Positions 36,908-46,279 of a stretch of 64,000 nt of DNA are shown here, in pieces. The notes beneath the pieces were generated by a model, which made no database searches, was not told the DNA's origin, and saw nothing but the letters and a program-made list of their open reading frames with translations. The stretch comes from Candidatus Uhrbacteria bacterium (GTDB lineage: Bacteria > Patescibacteriota > Patescibacteriia > UBA9934 > GWF2-40-263). The stretch is taken from contig JACPHU010000028.1 of NCBI GenBank assembly GCA_016188495.1, positions 38,325 to 102,324 of the forward strand, given 5' to 3'. Made by a program: the position numbers and the translations under genes. The stretch's first letter is position 1. Each line of letters begins with the position of its first letter.

Positions 36908-37567
36908 ATGTTTGATGATATTCATCCCGAACCTGAGGATATGTTCGATGAGACCGACAAGGTAGCTCCTCAATTGAATCCGCCCACGGCTCCTTCAATA
37001 GGTGTTTCTTCACAGGGTTCTGCCTCTGGGGTTGCAAATCCTCCATCATCTTCTGACGGGTCTCTTTCAATGGGGGAATTGAGCGAACCTAAAAAAACAG
37101 GTCCATGGAAAGCCGTTCTTCTTATTGTGGGCATTGTAGTGGTTGTAGCAGGCGCCCTGTTTCTTTCCATGAAAATTTTAAGTTCCAAAACAGATGTTGT
37201 TCCAGAACCTCCCGTCGTTACTGACATTCAAACTCAGCCTCCCGTATCAGACACAGCTCCTACCCAAGAACAGCCCGATCAGCAAGAACCGGTCATCACA
37301 AAGGAACCTGAAAAAACGTCTTCGCGTGTAGATACCGACAAGGATGGACTTACTGATGAAGAAGAAACGGAATTAGGTACAAGCTCGAAGACGGCAGATA
37401 CGGACAGTGACGGATTGTTTGACTTTGAGGAAGTCAAGACATGGGGAACAGATCCCGTTAATCCTGATACGGATGCAGACGGATATCTGGATGGGGCAGA
37501 AGTGAAAGCGGGTTATAATCCAAATGGGCAAGGGTCATTACGTGAAGCGCCTTCAGAATCTTCCTAG
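36908..37567 (+). CDS. Membrane-anchored paralog with a TSP3-like Asp-rich C-terminal module
   Basis: TM helix AVLLIVGIVVVVAGALFLSM, a Pro/Gln-rich linker, then DTDKDGLTDEEE...DTDSDGLFDFEEVKTWGTDPVNPDTDADGYLDGAEVKAGYNPNGQGSL, paralogous to the C-terminus of 36050..36877. Confidence 0.5.
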   Translation: MFDDIHPEPEDMFDETDKVAPQLNPPTAPSIGVSSQGSASGVANPPSSSDGSLSMGELSEPKKTGPWKAVLLIVGIVVVVAGALFLSMKILSSKTDVVPEPPVVTDIQTQPPVSDTAPTQEQPDQQEPVITKEPEKTSSRVDTDKDGLTDEEETELGTSSKTADTDSDGLFDFEEVKTWGTDPVNPDTDADGYLDGAEVKAGYNPNGQGSLREAPSESS

Positions 37568-37694
37568 ATCTTTGCAAAACTCGCGATCTTGCCTTTCACG
37601 GGCGCCCACCCTCCACACTTTCCCTATTGTGAATAGGGTTCGTGCGGCAGGGCAGCCCGTTCAAGGCAATCTCATCGAGTTTTGCAAAGATCTC
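37566..37694 (+). repeat. Copy B of the palindromic repeat element, overlapping the stop codon of the upstream gene
   Basis: AGATCTTTGCAAAACTCG...CGAGTTTTGCAAAGATCT is a perfect 18-bp terminal stem. The internal hairpin CCCTATT-GTG-AATAGGG covaries with CCCTAT-GAGGA-ATAGG in copy A. Confidence 0.6.
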
Positions 37695-37710
37695 CCTAAT
37701 TTTTACCACT

Positions 37711-38781
37711 ATGGCTCAGGATCATTCACAAAAAATCGAACAGCCAACGCAGATTCAGACACAGCCTGGTTTGGAGGCTCGTATTTTTACGATGCCTGAG
37801 CCCTATCGCCATGGAGCACAAGGCAGCTTGCATCAGCCGGAGACGAAAACTCCTCCAACGCCTCCTGTTCAAACTCAACCCCCCGCAGCACCGGTTGCCT
37901 CAACGTTGACCAAGCCTTCTGTTCCTGCAAAGAAACGTTCCGCAAGGAAAATTATCCTTTTTTCAGGAGTGATGGTTTTGGCACTGTTGAGCGTGGGGGG
38001 ATATGTTCTTGTTCAACAGAACAAAAAGGCAACCCAGACACCTGTGGTGACGCCCGCCCCAACTCCTAGACCGGCTCCTGACGTACAGCCTGAACCAGTC
38101 AAAGAACCTGTGGTGAAAGAACCCGAAACAGAGGAACCGGAGGTTTTTCCTGTGGAGATTGTTCCTGGAGTCGATTCTGATTCAGACGGTTTATCAGACA
38201 TAGAAGAAACACTCGTGTATAAGACCGATCCACGTTTGCCCGATACAGATTCGGATGGCTTTTTGGACGGAAATGAAGTGTTTCATCGCTATAATCCTGG
38301 AGGCACGGCTCCTGGAACTCTTTTGGGTTCAGGTTCGGTAAAGATTTATAAGGGTACGGCCATAGAGATTTTGTATGAATTTTATTATCCTTCCGGTTGG
38401 AGTTATCAAGAGGTTCAAAACGAGGTCATTTTAGATGCCCAAACGGGAGAAGGATTCCATGTCTCGGTTTTCTCCAATCCAGAAAAACTGAGCTTCAAAG
38501 ACTGGATAAAAGAGAATTTTCCTACCGCAACCTTTGTCAGCGGGGTCACCAAGAACGGTTTGCCGATGATGCAGGGCGAGGATCAGAGGACGGTTTATCT
38601 TGATTTGAATTCGGTTATTTTGAGCTTTGTCTACGATCCAGGAATAAAGACACGTGTGGATTATCTTCAAACGTTCCAAATGATGTTGAACAGCGTTCAG
38701 GTCGTGGGAGCTGTTGAAAACATCGAAAATAACCCTGAGGCATCGGCGATTCAACCGGAAGAATCAGAAACAGCTCTATGA
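37711..38781 (+). CDS. Membrane-anchored paralog with an internal TSP3-like Asp-rich module and a unique C-terminal domain
   Basis: Start at the ATG at 37711 (MAQDHSQK); the track's GTG at 37642 lies inside repeat B. TM helix IILFSGVMVLALLSVGGYVLV; the module DSDSDGLSDIEETLVYKTDPRLPDTDSDGFLDGNEVFHRYNPGG; then ~170 aa of unique sequence. Confidence 0.5.
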   Translation: MAQDHSQKIEQPTQIQTQPGLEARIFTMPEPYRHGAQGSLHQPETKTPPTPPVQTQPPAAPVASTLTKPSVPAKKRSARKIILFSGVMVLALLSVGGYVLVQQNKKATQTPVVTPAPTPRPAPDVQPEPVKEPVVKEPETEEPEVFPVEIVPGVDSDSDGLSDIEETLVYKTDPRLPDTDSDGFLDGNEVFHRYNPGGTAPGTLLGSGSVKIYKGTAIEILYEFYYPSGWSYQEVQNEVILDAQTGEGFHVSVFSNPEKLSFKDWIKENFPTATFVSGVTKNGLPMMQGEDQRTVYLDLNSVILSFVYDPGIKTRVDYLQTFQMMLNSVQVVGAVENIENNPEASAIQPEESETAL

Positions 38782-39215
38782 TTACGGCTGAATTGAATCA
38801 GGCAGGTTTAAGAGGGGGACAGTGTTTGCCAAAGAAACGTCTTCAAGAAGTGCTTTCGGCCTGTGCTCGCATTCTTGGTGTGAAAAAGCAGATCGTTCTT
38901 TCTATCGGTTTTGTTTCTGAAAAACAGATTCGAACGCTTAATAAAATCTGGCGACAGAAAGATCGCGTGACAGATGTTCTCTCCTTCGAGTTAGATGACG
39001 TGTTCTTAAAGGGGGAGGTCTTACTCAATTATGAACAAGCAAAACGTCAGGCTCTTGCTTTGAAACACTCAACTCGAGATGAACTGTGTTTTTTGATCGT
39101 TCATGGCGTGCTTCATCTTTTCGGACACGACCACGAGAAACAACAGGATGCCCAGCGTATGTTTGCTCTTCAGACAAAGATCCTCAAATCCCTTGGCATT
39201 GATAGCCGAATATGA
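38778..39215 (+). CDS. ybeY: Endoribonuclease YbeY (rRNA maturation factor)
   Basis: Zinc-binding motif HGVLHLFGHDHE (H..LH..G.DH), 145 aa; start overlaps the upstream stop (ATGA). Confidence 0.85.
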   Translation: MITAELNQAGLRGGQCLPKKRLQEVLSACARILGVKKQIVLSIGFVSEKQIRTLNKIWRQKDRVTDVLSFELDDVFLKGEVLLNYEQAKRQALALKHSTRDELCFLIVHGVLHLFGHDHEKQQDAQRMFALQTKILKSLGIDSRI

Positions 39216-39589
39216 TCGAACTTCACCGTCTTCTAAAGAGTTTTTCCCATGCGTTACGTGGCGTGGGTGTTGTGTTCAAGACCGAACAAAGTTTCAGGAT
39301 ACAAATAGGTGTTGCGATACTCGTCCTTTTTTTGGCTCTTTTTTTTCGTATTCAGGCATTTGAATGGATTATTTTGTTTCTTCTTGTGGGATCTGTCTTA
39401 ATCCTTGAGCTTATTAACAGTATTTTTGAACGCATTGTGGATACGTTTAAACCTAGAATCCATCCTGTGGTAAAGGATATTAAAGATATTATGGCCGGAG
39501 CGGTTTTATTAGGATCTCTTATTTCTTTGTTCATAGGTATTGTTATTTTTTTACCGCACGTCTTAGAGCTTGTTCGTAGCTTTGCTTAA
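39212..39589 (+). CDS. dgkA: Diacylglycerol kinase / undecaprenol kinase family membrane protein
   Basis: 125 aa with three TM helices; the ELINSIFERIVD motif matches the DgkA E(L)xNTAIE..VD signature. Confidence 0.7.
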   Translation: MIELHRLLKSFSHALRGVGVVFKTEQSFRIQIGVAILVLFLALFFRIQAFEWIILFLLVGSVLILELINSIFERIVDTFKPRIHPVVKDIKDIMAGAVLLGSLISLFIGIVIFLPHVLELVRSFA

Positions 39590-39609
39590 GGTTATACTTG
39601 ATATAATGT

Positions 39610-40869
39610 ATGTCAGATGAGATTTTTACAGGGCTTGATGTTGGAACGTACGCGATTCGCGTTGCTGTAGGCAGACTTGTGCCCTCACCAGAAGGAGGTG
39701 AACAAATTCATATTATTGGTGCCGTAGAAGTTCCTTCTGCTGGTGTCAATAAAGGAACCATTACGAATCTAGAAGATGCGGTCTCTTCTATTTCTCGAGC
39801 TCTTGAACAAGCAGAACGAATTACTGGGGTTCCATTGGGCAAAGCCTGGGTAGGAATCAATGGAAGCCATATTATTTCTCAGGAATCTCGGGGAGTTGTC
39901 GGAGTTGGACGAAGCGACGGAGAAATTCGTGACGAGGATGTTGAACGTTCCATTGAAGCCGCCCGAACAGTAGCAACCCCAACCAACTACGAGATTATTC
40001 ACGTCATTCCGAAAAGTTTTACGGTTGACGGCCAGCGTGGAGTCAAAGACCCTGTGGGAATGAACGGCATTCGTCTTGAGGTCGATGCGATTATCATTCA
40101 AGGATTGGGTTCTCAAATTAAGAATTTGACCAAGGCCGTGTATCGTACAGGCCTTGATATCGAGGATTTGGTCTTTGCGGTTCTTGCCACGGCTGAGGCG
40201 GTTGTTTCAGATCGTCAAAAGGAACTTGGGGTGTGTGTGGTGAATATTGGTGCCTCTACAACCAATGTGGTTGTGTACGAAGAAGGGGACATCCTCCACA
40301 CAGCCGTGTTGCCTATCGGATCAGATCATGTGACTTCAGACATTGCCATCGGGCTGAGAACTTCCATCGAAGTTGCCGAACAGGTCAAATTGCATCATGC
40401 CACATGTCTACCTGAGGAAGTAAATAAAAAAGAAGAAATTAATCTTGGTGAACTGGGAGCTCCTGAAGAAGAAATTGTAGGAAGAAGATTTATCGCAGAT
40501 ATTACAGAAGCTCGCATTCAAGAAATTTTTGAACACGTGGACCGTGAACTTAAAAAGGTTGATCGTTCTGGCATGCTTCCTGCCGGAGTCGTTTTGACCG
40601 GCGGGGGAGCAAAATTAAGTGGTATTTTGGAGGCAGCCAAATCGGCTTTCCGACTTCCTGTTTCCTTGGGGACTCCCATTGGCATCACAAGTGTCATTGA
40701 TCGGATCAACGATCCATCCATGAGTACAGCCATGGGCTTGGTCCTATGGGGCCATCATATTCGAGGAGCAGGAACACGAGGTGGAATCAGTCATTTTCTT
40801 TCTCGTTTTGGAGACATGAATAAAATCACCTCAGGGTTTAAGAAGATTTTTCAATCTCTCAAACCATGA
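39610..40869 (+). CDS. ftsA: Cell division protein FtsA
   Basis: Actin-like ATPase motifs GLDVGTYAIRVAVG, IHIIGAVEVPSAGVNKG, VVNIGASTTNVVVYEEG and GVVLTGGGAKLSGI; sits upstream of ftsZ. Confidence 0.85.
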   Translation: MSDEIFTGLDVGTYAIRVAVGRLVPSPEGGEQIHIIGAVEVPSAGVNKGTITNLEDAVSSISRALEQAERITGVPLGKAWVGINGSHIISQESRGVVGVGRSDGEIRDEDVERSIEAARTVATPTNYEIIHVIPKSFTVDGQRGVKDPVGMNGIRLEVDAIIIQGLGSQIKNLTKAVYRTGLDIEDLVFAVLATAEAVVSDRQKELGVCVVNIGASTTNVVVYEEGDILHTAVLPIGSDHVTSDIAIGLRTSIEVAEQVKLHHATCLPEEVNKKEEINLGELGAPEEEIVGRRFIADITEARIQEIFEHVDRELKKVDRSGMLPAGVVLTGGGAKLSGILEAAKSAFRLPVSLGTPIGITSVIDRINDPSMSTAMGLVLWGHHIRGAGTRGGISHFLSRFGDMNKITSGFKKIFQSLKP

Positions 40870-40900
40870 GGCTTTCAGGGTGGAATTTAAGCGATATGTT

Positions 40901-40930
40901 AAAAAGAAGATATACACATCTTCTTTTTTC
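40901..40930 (+). terminator. Rho-independent terminator after ftsA
   Basis: GAAGAT-ATACAC-ATCTTC hairpin flanked by an A-run and a T-run (AAAAAGAAGATATACACATCTTCTTTTTTC). Confidence 0.5.
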
Positions 40931-41076
40931 TTTTCTTGACAGCAAAGGTACCGGTGTTAAAGTGTGAATGATTTTTGTGCTCAGTAGAGCGAATTTTGAG
41001 CACATTATGTGTTCAAGCGACAGTATTTTTGTAAGTAAGACTCGTAACTTGTACCTAAATTTTGTTCACTACTTCT

Positions 41077-42318
41077 ATGGCCCAAGTCAAACCAGAAATT
41101 GAAACCTTTGCTAAGATTAAGGTGGTTGGTATTGGAGGAGGCGGTGGTGCAGCGGTTAATCGCATGATCAGCGATAACATTAAAGGCGTTGAATTTATCG
41201 TGATCAACACCGATGTCCAGGCGCTTAATCAAAATTTAGCTGCCCGTAAGATTCCTATTGGAAAAACAATCACCCGTGGATTAGGCGCAGGAATGAATCC
41301 TGAAGTCGGATCAAAAGCAGCCGAAGAAAATCAAAACGAAATCAGAGAGGCTCTCACAGGTTCCGACATGGTCTTCCTTACGTGCGGACTCGGTGGAGGA
41401 ACAGGAACAGGCGCCATTCCAGAAGTGGCAAAGCTCGCCAAAGACATCGGTGCGCTCACTGTTGCGGTGGTCACCAAGCCTTTTACGTTTGAAGGAGCCC
41501 AACGAAGACGTATTGCAGAGGAAGGGTTTGAACGTCTTTTGAAACATGTCGATGCTATTATTACCATTCCAAACGATAGAGTCCTTCAAATTATTGATAA
41601 GAAAACGTCTTTGATGGATGCCTTTAATGTCGTTGACGATGTGTTAAGACAGGGTGTCCAGGGGATTGCTGAGCTTATTACCATTCCTGGTTTGATCAAC
41701 GTGGATTATGCGGATGTGAAAGCGATTATGGAATGTTCGGGATCGGCACTTATGGGTATCGGTCGCGCTACTGGGGAAAATCGCGCGGTCGAAGCGGCAA
41801 AGCAAGCGATCGCCAGTCCATTGCTTGAACTTTCTGTCGATGGAGCCAGAGGCATTTTGTTTACGATTTCGGGAGGAAGCGATTTGGGAATGCACGAGGT
41901 GGCAGAAGCCGCAAAGGTGATTACCAGTTCTGCTGACGAAGACGCCCGTGTCATTTTTGGAGCGAACATTAACGATGACATGAATGAGGAGGTTCGTATT
42001 ACGGTCGTTGCCACAGGATTTGATTCTCGTGAACGCCGCACCAAGACTCCTGGAACCGTTGAGGTTCAGGCACAAAGCATCTGGTCTTCCAACGCGCCCC
42101 TTCGTATGCGTGAAGATGAACCCATGGCTCAAAAACCCAAAGTAAATTTTCAGGCACCTATGGCGGAGCGTCCTTCCATGATGGTGGAACGTCCACCTGT
42201 TTCTAAAATGGAGTTTCCCAAACCCGCACCTAAACCAAGCATGCCTGTTCAGCCTCCCGCACAGAAAGAAGAGGATGAAATCGAAATTCCAGCGTTTATT
42301 CGTAAGAAGATGATGTAA
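41077..42318 (+). CDS. ftsZ: Cell division protein FtsZ
   Basis: IKVVGIGGGGGAAVNRM, the tubulin signature GLGGGTGTGAIPEVAK, NTDVQAL and VVTKPFTFEG. Start at the ATG at 41077 (MAQVKPEIE); the track's TTG at 41062 is an alternative. Confidence 0.85.
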   Translation: MAQVKPEIETFAKIKVVGIGGGGGAAVNRMISDNIKGVEFIVINTDVQALNQNLAARKIPIGKTITRGLGAGMNPEVGSKAAEENQNEIREALTGSDMVFLTCGLGGGTGTGAIPEVAKLAKDIGALTVAVVTKPFTFEGAQRRRIAEEGFERLLKHVDAIITIPNDRVLQIIDKKTSLMDAFNVVDDVLRQGVQGIAELITIPGLINVDYADVKAIMECSGSALMGIGRATGENRAVEAAKQAIASPLLELSVDGARGILFTISGGSDLGMHEVAEAAKVITSSADEDARVIFGANINDDMNEEVRITVVATGFDSRERRTKTPGTVEVQAQSIWSSNAPLRMREDEPMAQKPKVNFQAPMAERPSMMVERPPVSKMEFPKPAPKPSMPVQPPAQKEEDEIEIPAFIRKKMM

Positions 42319-42338
42319 CCCTATTTTTACAGGGATAT

Positions 42339-42376
42339 AAAAACAGCCACTGTTGTGGCTGTTTTTTTGGTATAAT
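42339..42376 (+). promoter_or_regulatory. ftsZ terminator hairpin overlapping an extended -10 promoter (TGgTATAAT) for nrdR
   Basis: AAAAACAGCCAC-TGTT-GTGGCTGTTTTTTT, then TGGTATAAT at 42368-42376, 27 nt upstream of the nrdR ATG. Confidence 0.5.
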
Positions 42377-42402
42377 AGAACTTATTGAATTTGATTGAAT
42401 GT

Positions 42403-42888
42403 ATGTATTGCGCTGTTTGTAACCATAAAGATACAAAAGTGGTTGATTCCCGTATTTCTTCCGATGGTGCCAGTGTTCGTCGTCGTCGCGAGTGTGAGAA
42501 ATGCGGTTTCCGCTTTTCTACATTAGAAGAAGTGGAGCTTCTTGATTTGACCATTGTGAAGCGTGATGGCCGGCGTGAATCATACTCACGAGAGAAGCTG
42601 ATTCGAGGTCTTGAGAAATCGCTTGAAAAACGTCCGTTTACGGACCAAGCATTTCAGAAATTGGTGCACAAAATAGAACGGGATGTCCAGAAAAAACGAC
42701 GCGGCCAATTAACCACGCAGGAGCTTGGTGAAATTGTCATGAAGCATTTAAAAGTTTTTGATAAAGTGGCTTACATTCGTTTTGCTTCCGTCTATCGTTC
42801 TTTTGAAGACGTGCAAACATTTGAATCAGAGTTACAAAAATTGAGCCAGAAAGAGAAAGGGGCGAGAAAAGGAAGAACAAAAAAATAA
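42403..42888 (+). CDS. nrdR: Transcriptional repressor NrdR
   Basis: MYCAVCNHKDTKVVDSRISSDGASVRRRRECEKCGFRFSTLEE is the NrdR zinc-ribbon signature; it is followed by an ATP-cone. Start at the ATG at 42403. Confidence 0.85.
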   Translation: MYCAVCNHKDTKVVDSRISSDGASVRRRRECEKCGFRFSTLEEVELLDLTIVKRDGRRESYSREKLIRGLEKSLEKRPFTDQAFQKLVHKIERDVQKKRRGQLTTQELGEIVMKHLKVFDKVAYIRFASVYRSFEDVQTFESELQKLSQKEKGARKGRTKK

Positions 42889-42898
42889 AGATTGTTTT

Positions 42899-44125
42899 AT
42901 GACGGAATTTAAACAACCAAAAACAAAAACCATTATTATTTTTTGTCTTATTGCATCGACCGTTTTTGGCGCTTTGGCAGGAGGGTTTACCACTTTTTTT
43001 CTCACAACAGATCTTAAACGCTCGATTGTCGGAGATATCAAGGACGGACAGATGAGCCAACAGGCCGTTCAATCTCGTATTGTCGAACTTATCGAAGATG
43101 AAACAGCGAGTATTGCTGTAGTTGAACAGGTGACCCCTGCGGTTGTGAGTATTGTTGTAAAGAAAAATCCAGGAGACCTGGAAGGATATCAAAAAGAATA
43201 TTTTTTGAATGATTCTTTCTATCAAGCCCAATCTCTTGAGGATGGATTCGTTTCGCCATTGGTTGAGGTAAGCAGCGGAACCGGTTTTTTTGTCACAGCA
43301 GACGGATATGTCTTAACCAACCGGCATGTGGTCTCTGAAGAGAATGGTCTTTTTTTTGTTGTGACAAACGATGGAGAAGAACTCCCTGCAACTTTGGTTG
43401 ATGTTGATCCTCTTCAAGATATCGCTATTTTGCATGTTGAAGGCGAGGCCTTTGCCACCGTTACTCTTGCAGATTCTGAAGATATCCGTATCGGCCAAAC
43501 GGTTATTGCTATTGGAAATACTCTTTCTGAGTTTCGCAACACGGTAACCAAGGGGGTTGTTTCGGGGATTAATCGCCGTGTCACCGCAGGGGATGCGTAT
43601 AACTCTGAGGTGATTGAACAGGCTATTCAAACAGACGCTGCTATTAACCCAGGAAATTCAGGTGGGCCGCTCATCAATTTGTTAGGAGAGGTCATCGGTA
43701 TCAATACAGCCGTGAGTTTTCAGGGCGAGTCTGTTGCATTTGCAATCCCTATTAACGAAGCAAAGCGTGCTGTGGAGGATGTGAGATTGTATGGCCGGAT
43801 CCTGCGTCCTTGGTTGGGTATTCGTTATGTCTTGGTAACTCCTGAAAAGATCGGAAGTGCCTTACCAGTATATGATGTGGGTGCACTCGTTGTTTCGGGA
43901 GAACAACCCGGAGAAGAGGGTATTTTCGAAGGTTCTCCTGCTGATTTGGGTGGGCTTCAGGAGGGGGATATCATTGGGTCTGTGAATGGCGAATTGTTTA
44001 CCCAAGACCATGCATTGGCAGAACGGATTTCCGCATTCCGACCAGGAGACGTTGTGCGTCTTGATGTATTACGAAATCAAGAGTGGTTAGAAATCACACT
44101 AACCCTTGCCGAATACGGTGAATAA
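42899..44125 (+). CDS. HtrA/DegP-family trypsin-like serine protease with a C-terminal PDZ domain
   Basis: N-terminal TM anchor; catalytic-triad contexts TNRHVV (His), DIAIL (Asp) and GNSGGPL (Ser); PDZ-like C-terminus (GDIIGSVNGELF). Confidence 0.8.
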   Translation: MTEFKQPKTKTIIIFCLIASTVFGALAGGFTTFFLTTDLKRSIVGDIKDGQMSQQAVQSRIVELIEDETASIAVVEQVTPAVVSIVVKKNPGDLEGYQKEYFLNDSFYQAQSLEDGFVSPLVEVSSGTGFFVTADGYVLTNRHVVSEENGLFFVVTNDGEELPATLVDVDPLQDIAILHVEGEAFATVTLADSEDIRIGQTVIAIGNTLSEFRNTVTKGVVSGINRRVTAGDAYNSEVIEQAIQTDAAINPGNSGGPLINLLGEVIGINTAVSFQGESVAFAIPINEAKRAVEDVRLYGRILRPWLGIRYVLVTPEKIGSALPVYDVGALVVSGEQPGEEGIFEGSPADLGGLQEGDIIGSVNGELFTQDHALAERISAFRPGDVVRLDVLRNQEWLEITLTLAEYGE

Positions 44126-44140
44126 TATTTTTACGAATTT

Positions 44141-45544
44141 ATGAATAAACGAACAAAAATTATTTGTACGGTCGGTCCTGCCAGTGCGAGTGCTTCCATC
44201 CTTGAATCGATGATGCGTGCTGGAATGGACGTGGCACGACTCAATTTTTCTCATGCGACCTATGCCGATCATAAACGTCTTATTCGTGCGATTCGAACCG
44301 CATCAAAAAAAGCAGGAGTCCATGTTCCTCTCCTTGGAGATCTTCAAGGTCCTAAGATTCGCCTCGGCCAACTTCCAGAAGCGGGCGTTGAACTCATGAA
44401 TGGTTCAGAGATTATTTTGACAACAGCTACCAACCGATATACGGAAGGGTTCATTCCTGTGACGTATAAAAATCTCCATAAGGATCTCAAAAAAGGAGAT
44501 CGGATGTTAATTGATGATGGAATTTTGGAACTTCATGTTCGAGAGATTAACGGCAAACAGATCCGAGCGCTCATCGTCAATGGGGGAACGGTGACTTCGC
44601 ATAAAGGAATGAATTTTCCGGATTCAACCCTTCATGTTTCTGCCTTTACCAAAAAAGATCGAGAAGATACGTTGTTTGCCATTGAACAGGGAGTCGAATG
44701 GATTGCCTTGTCTTTTGTGACAGGCCCCAAAGAAATTTTGTTGTTAAAGCGACTCATTAAACAACATACTCCCAAAGGCATCGCTCCAGCGCGTGTCATT
44801 GTAAAAATTGAAAAACACGAAGCCATTAATCGATTTGATGAAATTCTTTCCGTGACCGATGCGGTCATGATTGCTCGCGGGGATTTAGGCGTTGAGATTA
44901 ACGCGCAAGAAGTTCCTTTGAGACAAAAAGAGATTATTGAAAAATGCCGTCAGGCAGGCAAACCCGTGGTTGTGGCTACACAGATGCTTGATTCAATGAT
45001 TCGCAATCCTCGTCCAACGCGTGCGGAAGTGTCAGACGTGGCAAACGCCGTGTTTGATCATACGGATGCCGTGATGCTTTCCGGAGAATCTGCCACAGGA
45101 AAGTTTCCGTTAAAAGCGGTAAAGATGATGGCTTCAATCATTAAGGAAGCGGAAGCCTCTGTGTTTGATGACGTTCCTCTTTTTTTGGATATAAGCCAAG
45201 AACCGGTTACAGCTTCTTCGCAGAGTATTAAATTGTTGACGATAGAAGGTTCTATCCACGGCGTTCTCGCTTCCCATACGTTGGCTCCGTGGTCAGAAAT
45301 GGCATTGAAGACCCGACCAGAAGTTCCGATGTTTATTGCTGTATCCTCTGAAAGGGAAGCAAGGCAGCTTACGATCCGTTGGGGGGTCCATCCTTTTGTC
45401 TTAAAAAAACAACAAGAAAAAACGTTTGTTCGTTTAGGTCTTCAGAAATTGAAAAAGGATCGAATGGTAAAAAAGAACATGCGTCTGGCCGTCATATTAG
45501 GAAAACAGCACGGAGAGGGATTTGATCTTGTCACTGTTGCTTAA
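44141..45544 (+). CDS. pyk: Pyruvate kinase
   Basis: MNKRTKIICTVGPAS, ARLNFSHA and MIARGDLGVEI motifs; 467 aa. Confidence 0.85.
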   Translation: MNKRTKIICTVGPASASASILESMMRAGMDVARLNFSHATYADHKRLIRAIRTASKKAGVHVPLLGDLQGPKIRLGQLPEAGVELMNGSEIILTTATNRYTEGFIPVTYKNLHKDLKKGDRMLIDDGILELHVREINGKQIRALIVNGGTVTSHKGMNFPDSTLHVSAFTKKDREDTLFAIEQGVEWIALSFVTGPKEILLLKRLIKQHTPKGIAPARVIVKIEKHEAINRFDEILSVTDAVMIARGDLGVEINAQEVPLRQKEIIEKCRQAGKPVVVATQMLDSMIRNPRPTRAEVSDVANAVFDHTDAVMLSGESATGKFPLKAVKMMASIIKEAEASVFDDVPLFLDISQEPVTASSQSIKLLTIEGSIHGVLASHTLAPWSEMALKTRPEVPMFIAVSSEREARQLTIRWGVHPFVLKKQQEKTFVRLGLQKLKKDRMVKKNMRLAVILGKQHGEGFDLVTVA

Positions 45545-45546
45545 AC

Positions 45547-45578
45547 AAAAAGAGATTCGGAATCGAATCTCTTTTTCG
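45547..45578. terminator. Bidirectional terminator hairpin between pyk and the convergent 45584 gene
   Basis: AGAGATTCG-GAAT-CGAATCTCT flanked by A-runs and T-runs. Confidence 0.5.
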
Positions 45579-45583
45579 TTGTG

Positions 45584-46078
45584 TTACTGCGTGATTAACT
45601 CCGTGTTTTCTTCTGGTTGAGGTTGTGGTTCTTCTGCCGGACCCGTTGTTCCTCGAGATTCCTCTGTCCCTATGAGCCATTTTTCACAACGAGGATCTAG
45701 ACAGGCTTGAATGGCGAAGACGTATTCGGTTTCAGGTGTTAATCCATCCGGATCAAGGCTTACGCGATCGTGTTCGCCTGATTCTGTGCGTGTGTATCCT
45801 GAAAGAGGTTCTGTGACGGTGATGACAAAGTGATTATAGGGTTGCTCGGGTTTGCTCCATTCAAGACGCAACTGCGTAGGAAATCCAACCGTTACTCCAT
45901 TTACCTCTTTTGGACGGAAGGGGAGAACCTGCATCTGAGCATCCCAGGTACCGCTGGCATTTTCAAACAACGCTGGGTGAACCTTCGGGATCGCTTCTTC
46001 CCGTTCTCGATTCCAGAGCACAAACCCCAGGACTCCAAGAATAATCAAAACAACAGCGACTTTAAAATAGGATTTCAT
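45584..46078 (-). CDS. Hypothetical membrane-anchored extracytoplasmic protein
   Basis: 164 aa, N-terminal signal anchor VAVVLIILGVLGFVLW, beta-rich body, Pro/Glu-rich C-terminal tail. Confidence 0.4.
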   Translation of the reverse strand: MKSYFKVAVVLIILGVLGFVLWNREREEAIPKVHPALFENASGTWDAQMQVLPFRPKEVNGVTVGFPTQLRLEWSKPEQPYNHFVITVTEPLSGYTRTESGEHDRVSLDPDGLTPETEYVFAIQACLDPRCEKWLIGTEESRGTTGPAEEPQPQPEENTELITQ

Positions 46079-46279
46079 ATAACGCCATTTTAGCTTGATT
46101 AAGGGTATTTGACGAGATCAGCTCATGGAGTTATGGTTAAAAGGCTATGATCACCTCTACCACACATTCAGCTTGGTGGCGCGACCTTTCCTAAGGAAGG
46201 TCGATGGTTTGTCTTATTCAAAAACCACTCAGATCTTCCTGGGTGGTTTTTGTTTTTTTACACACGAGGAGAAAGAATC

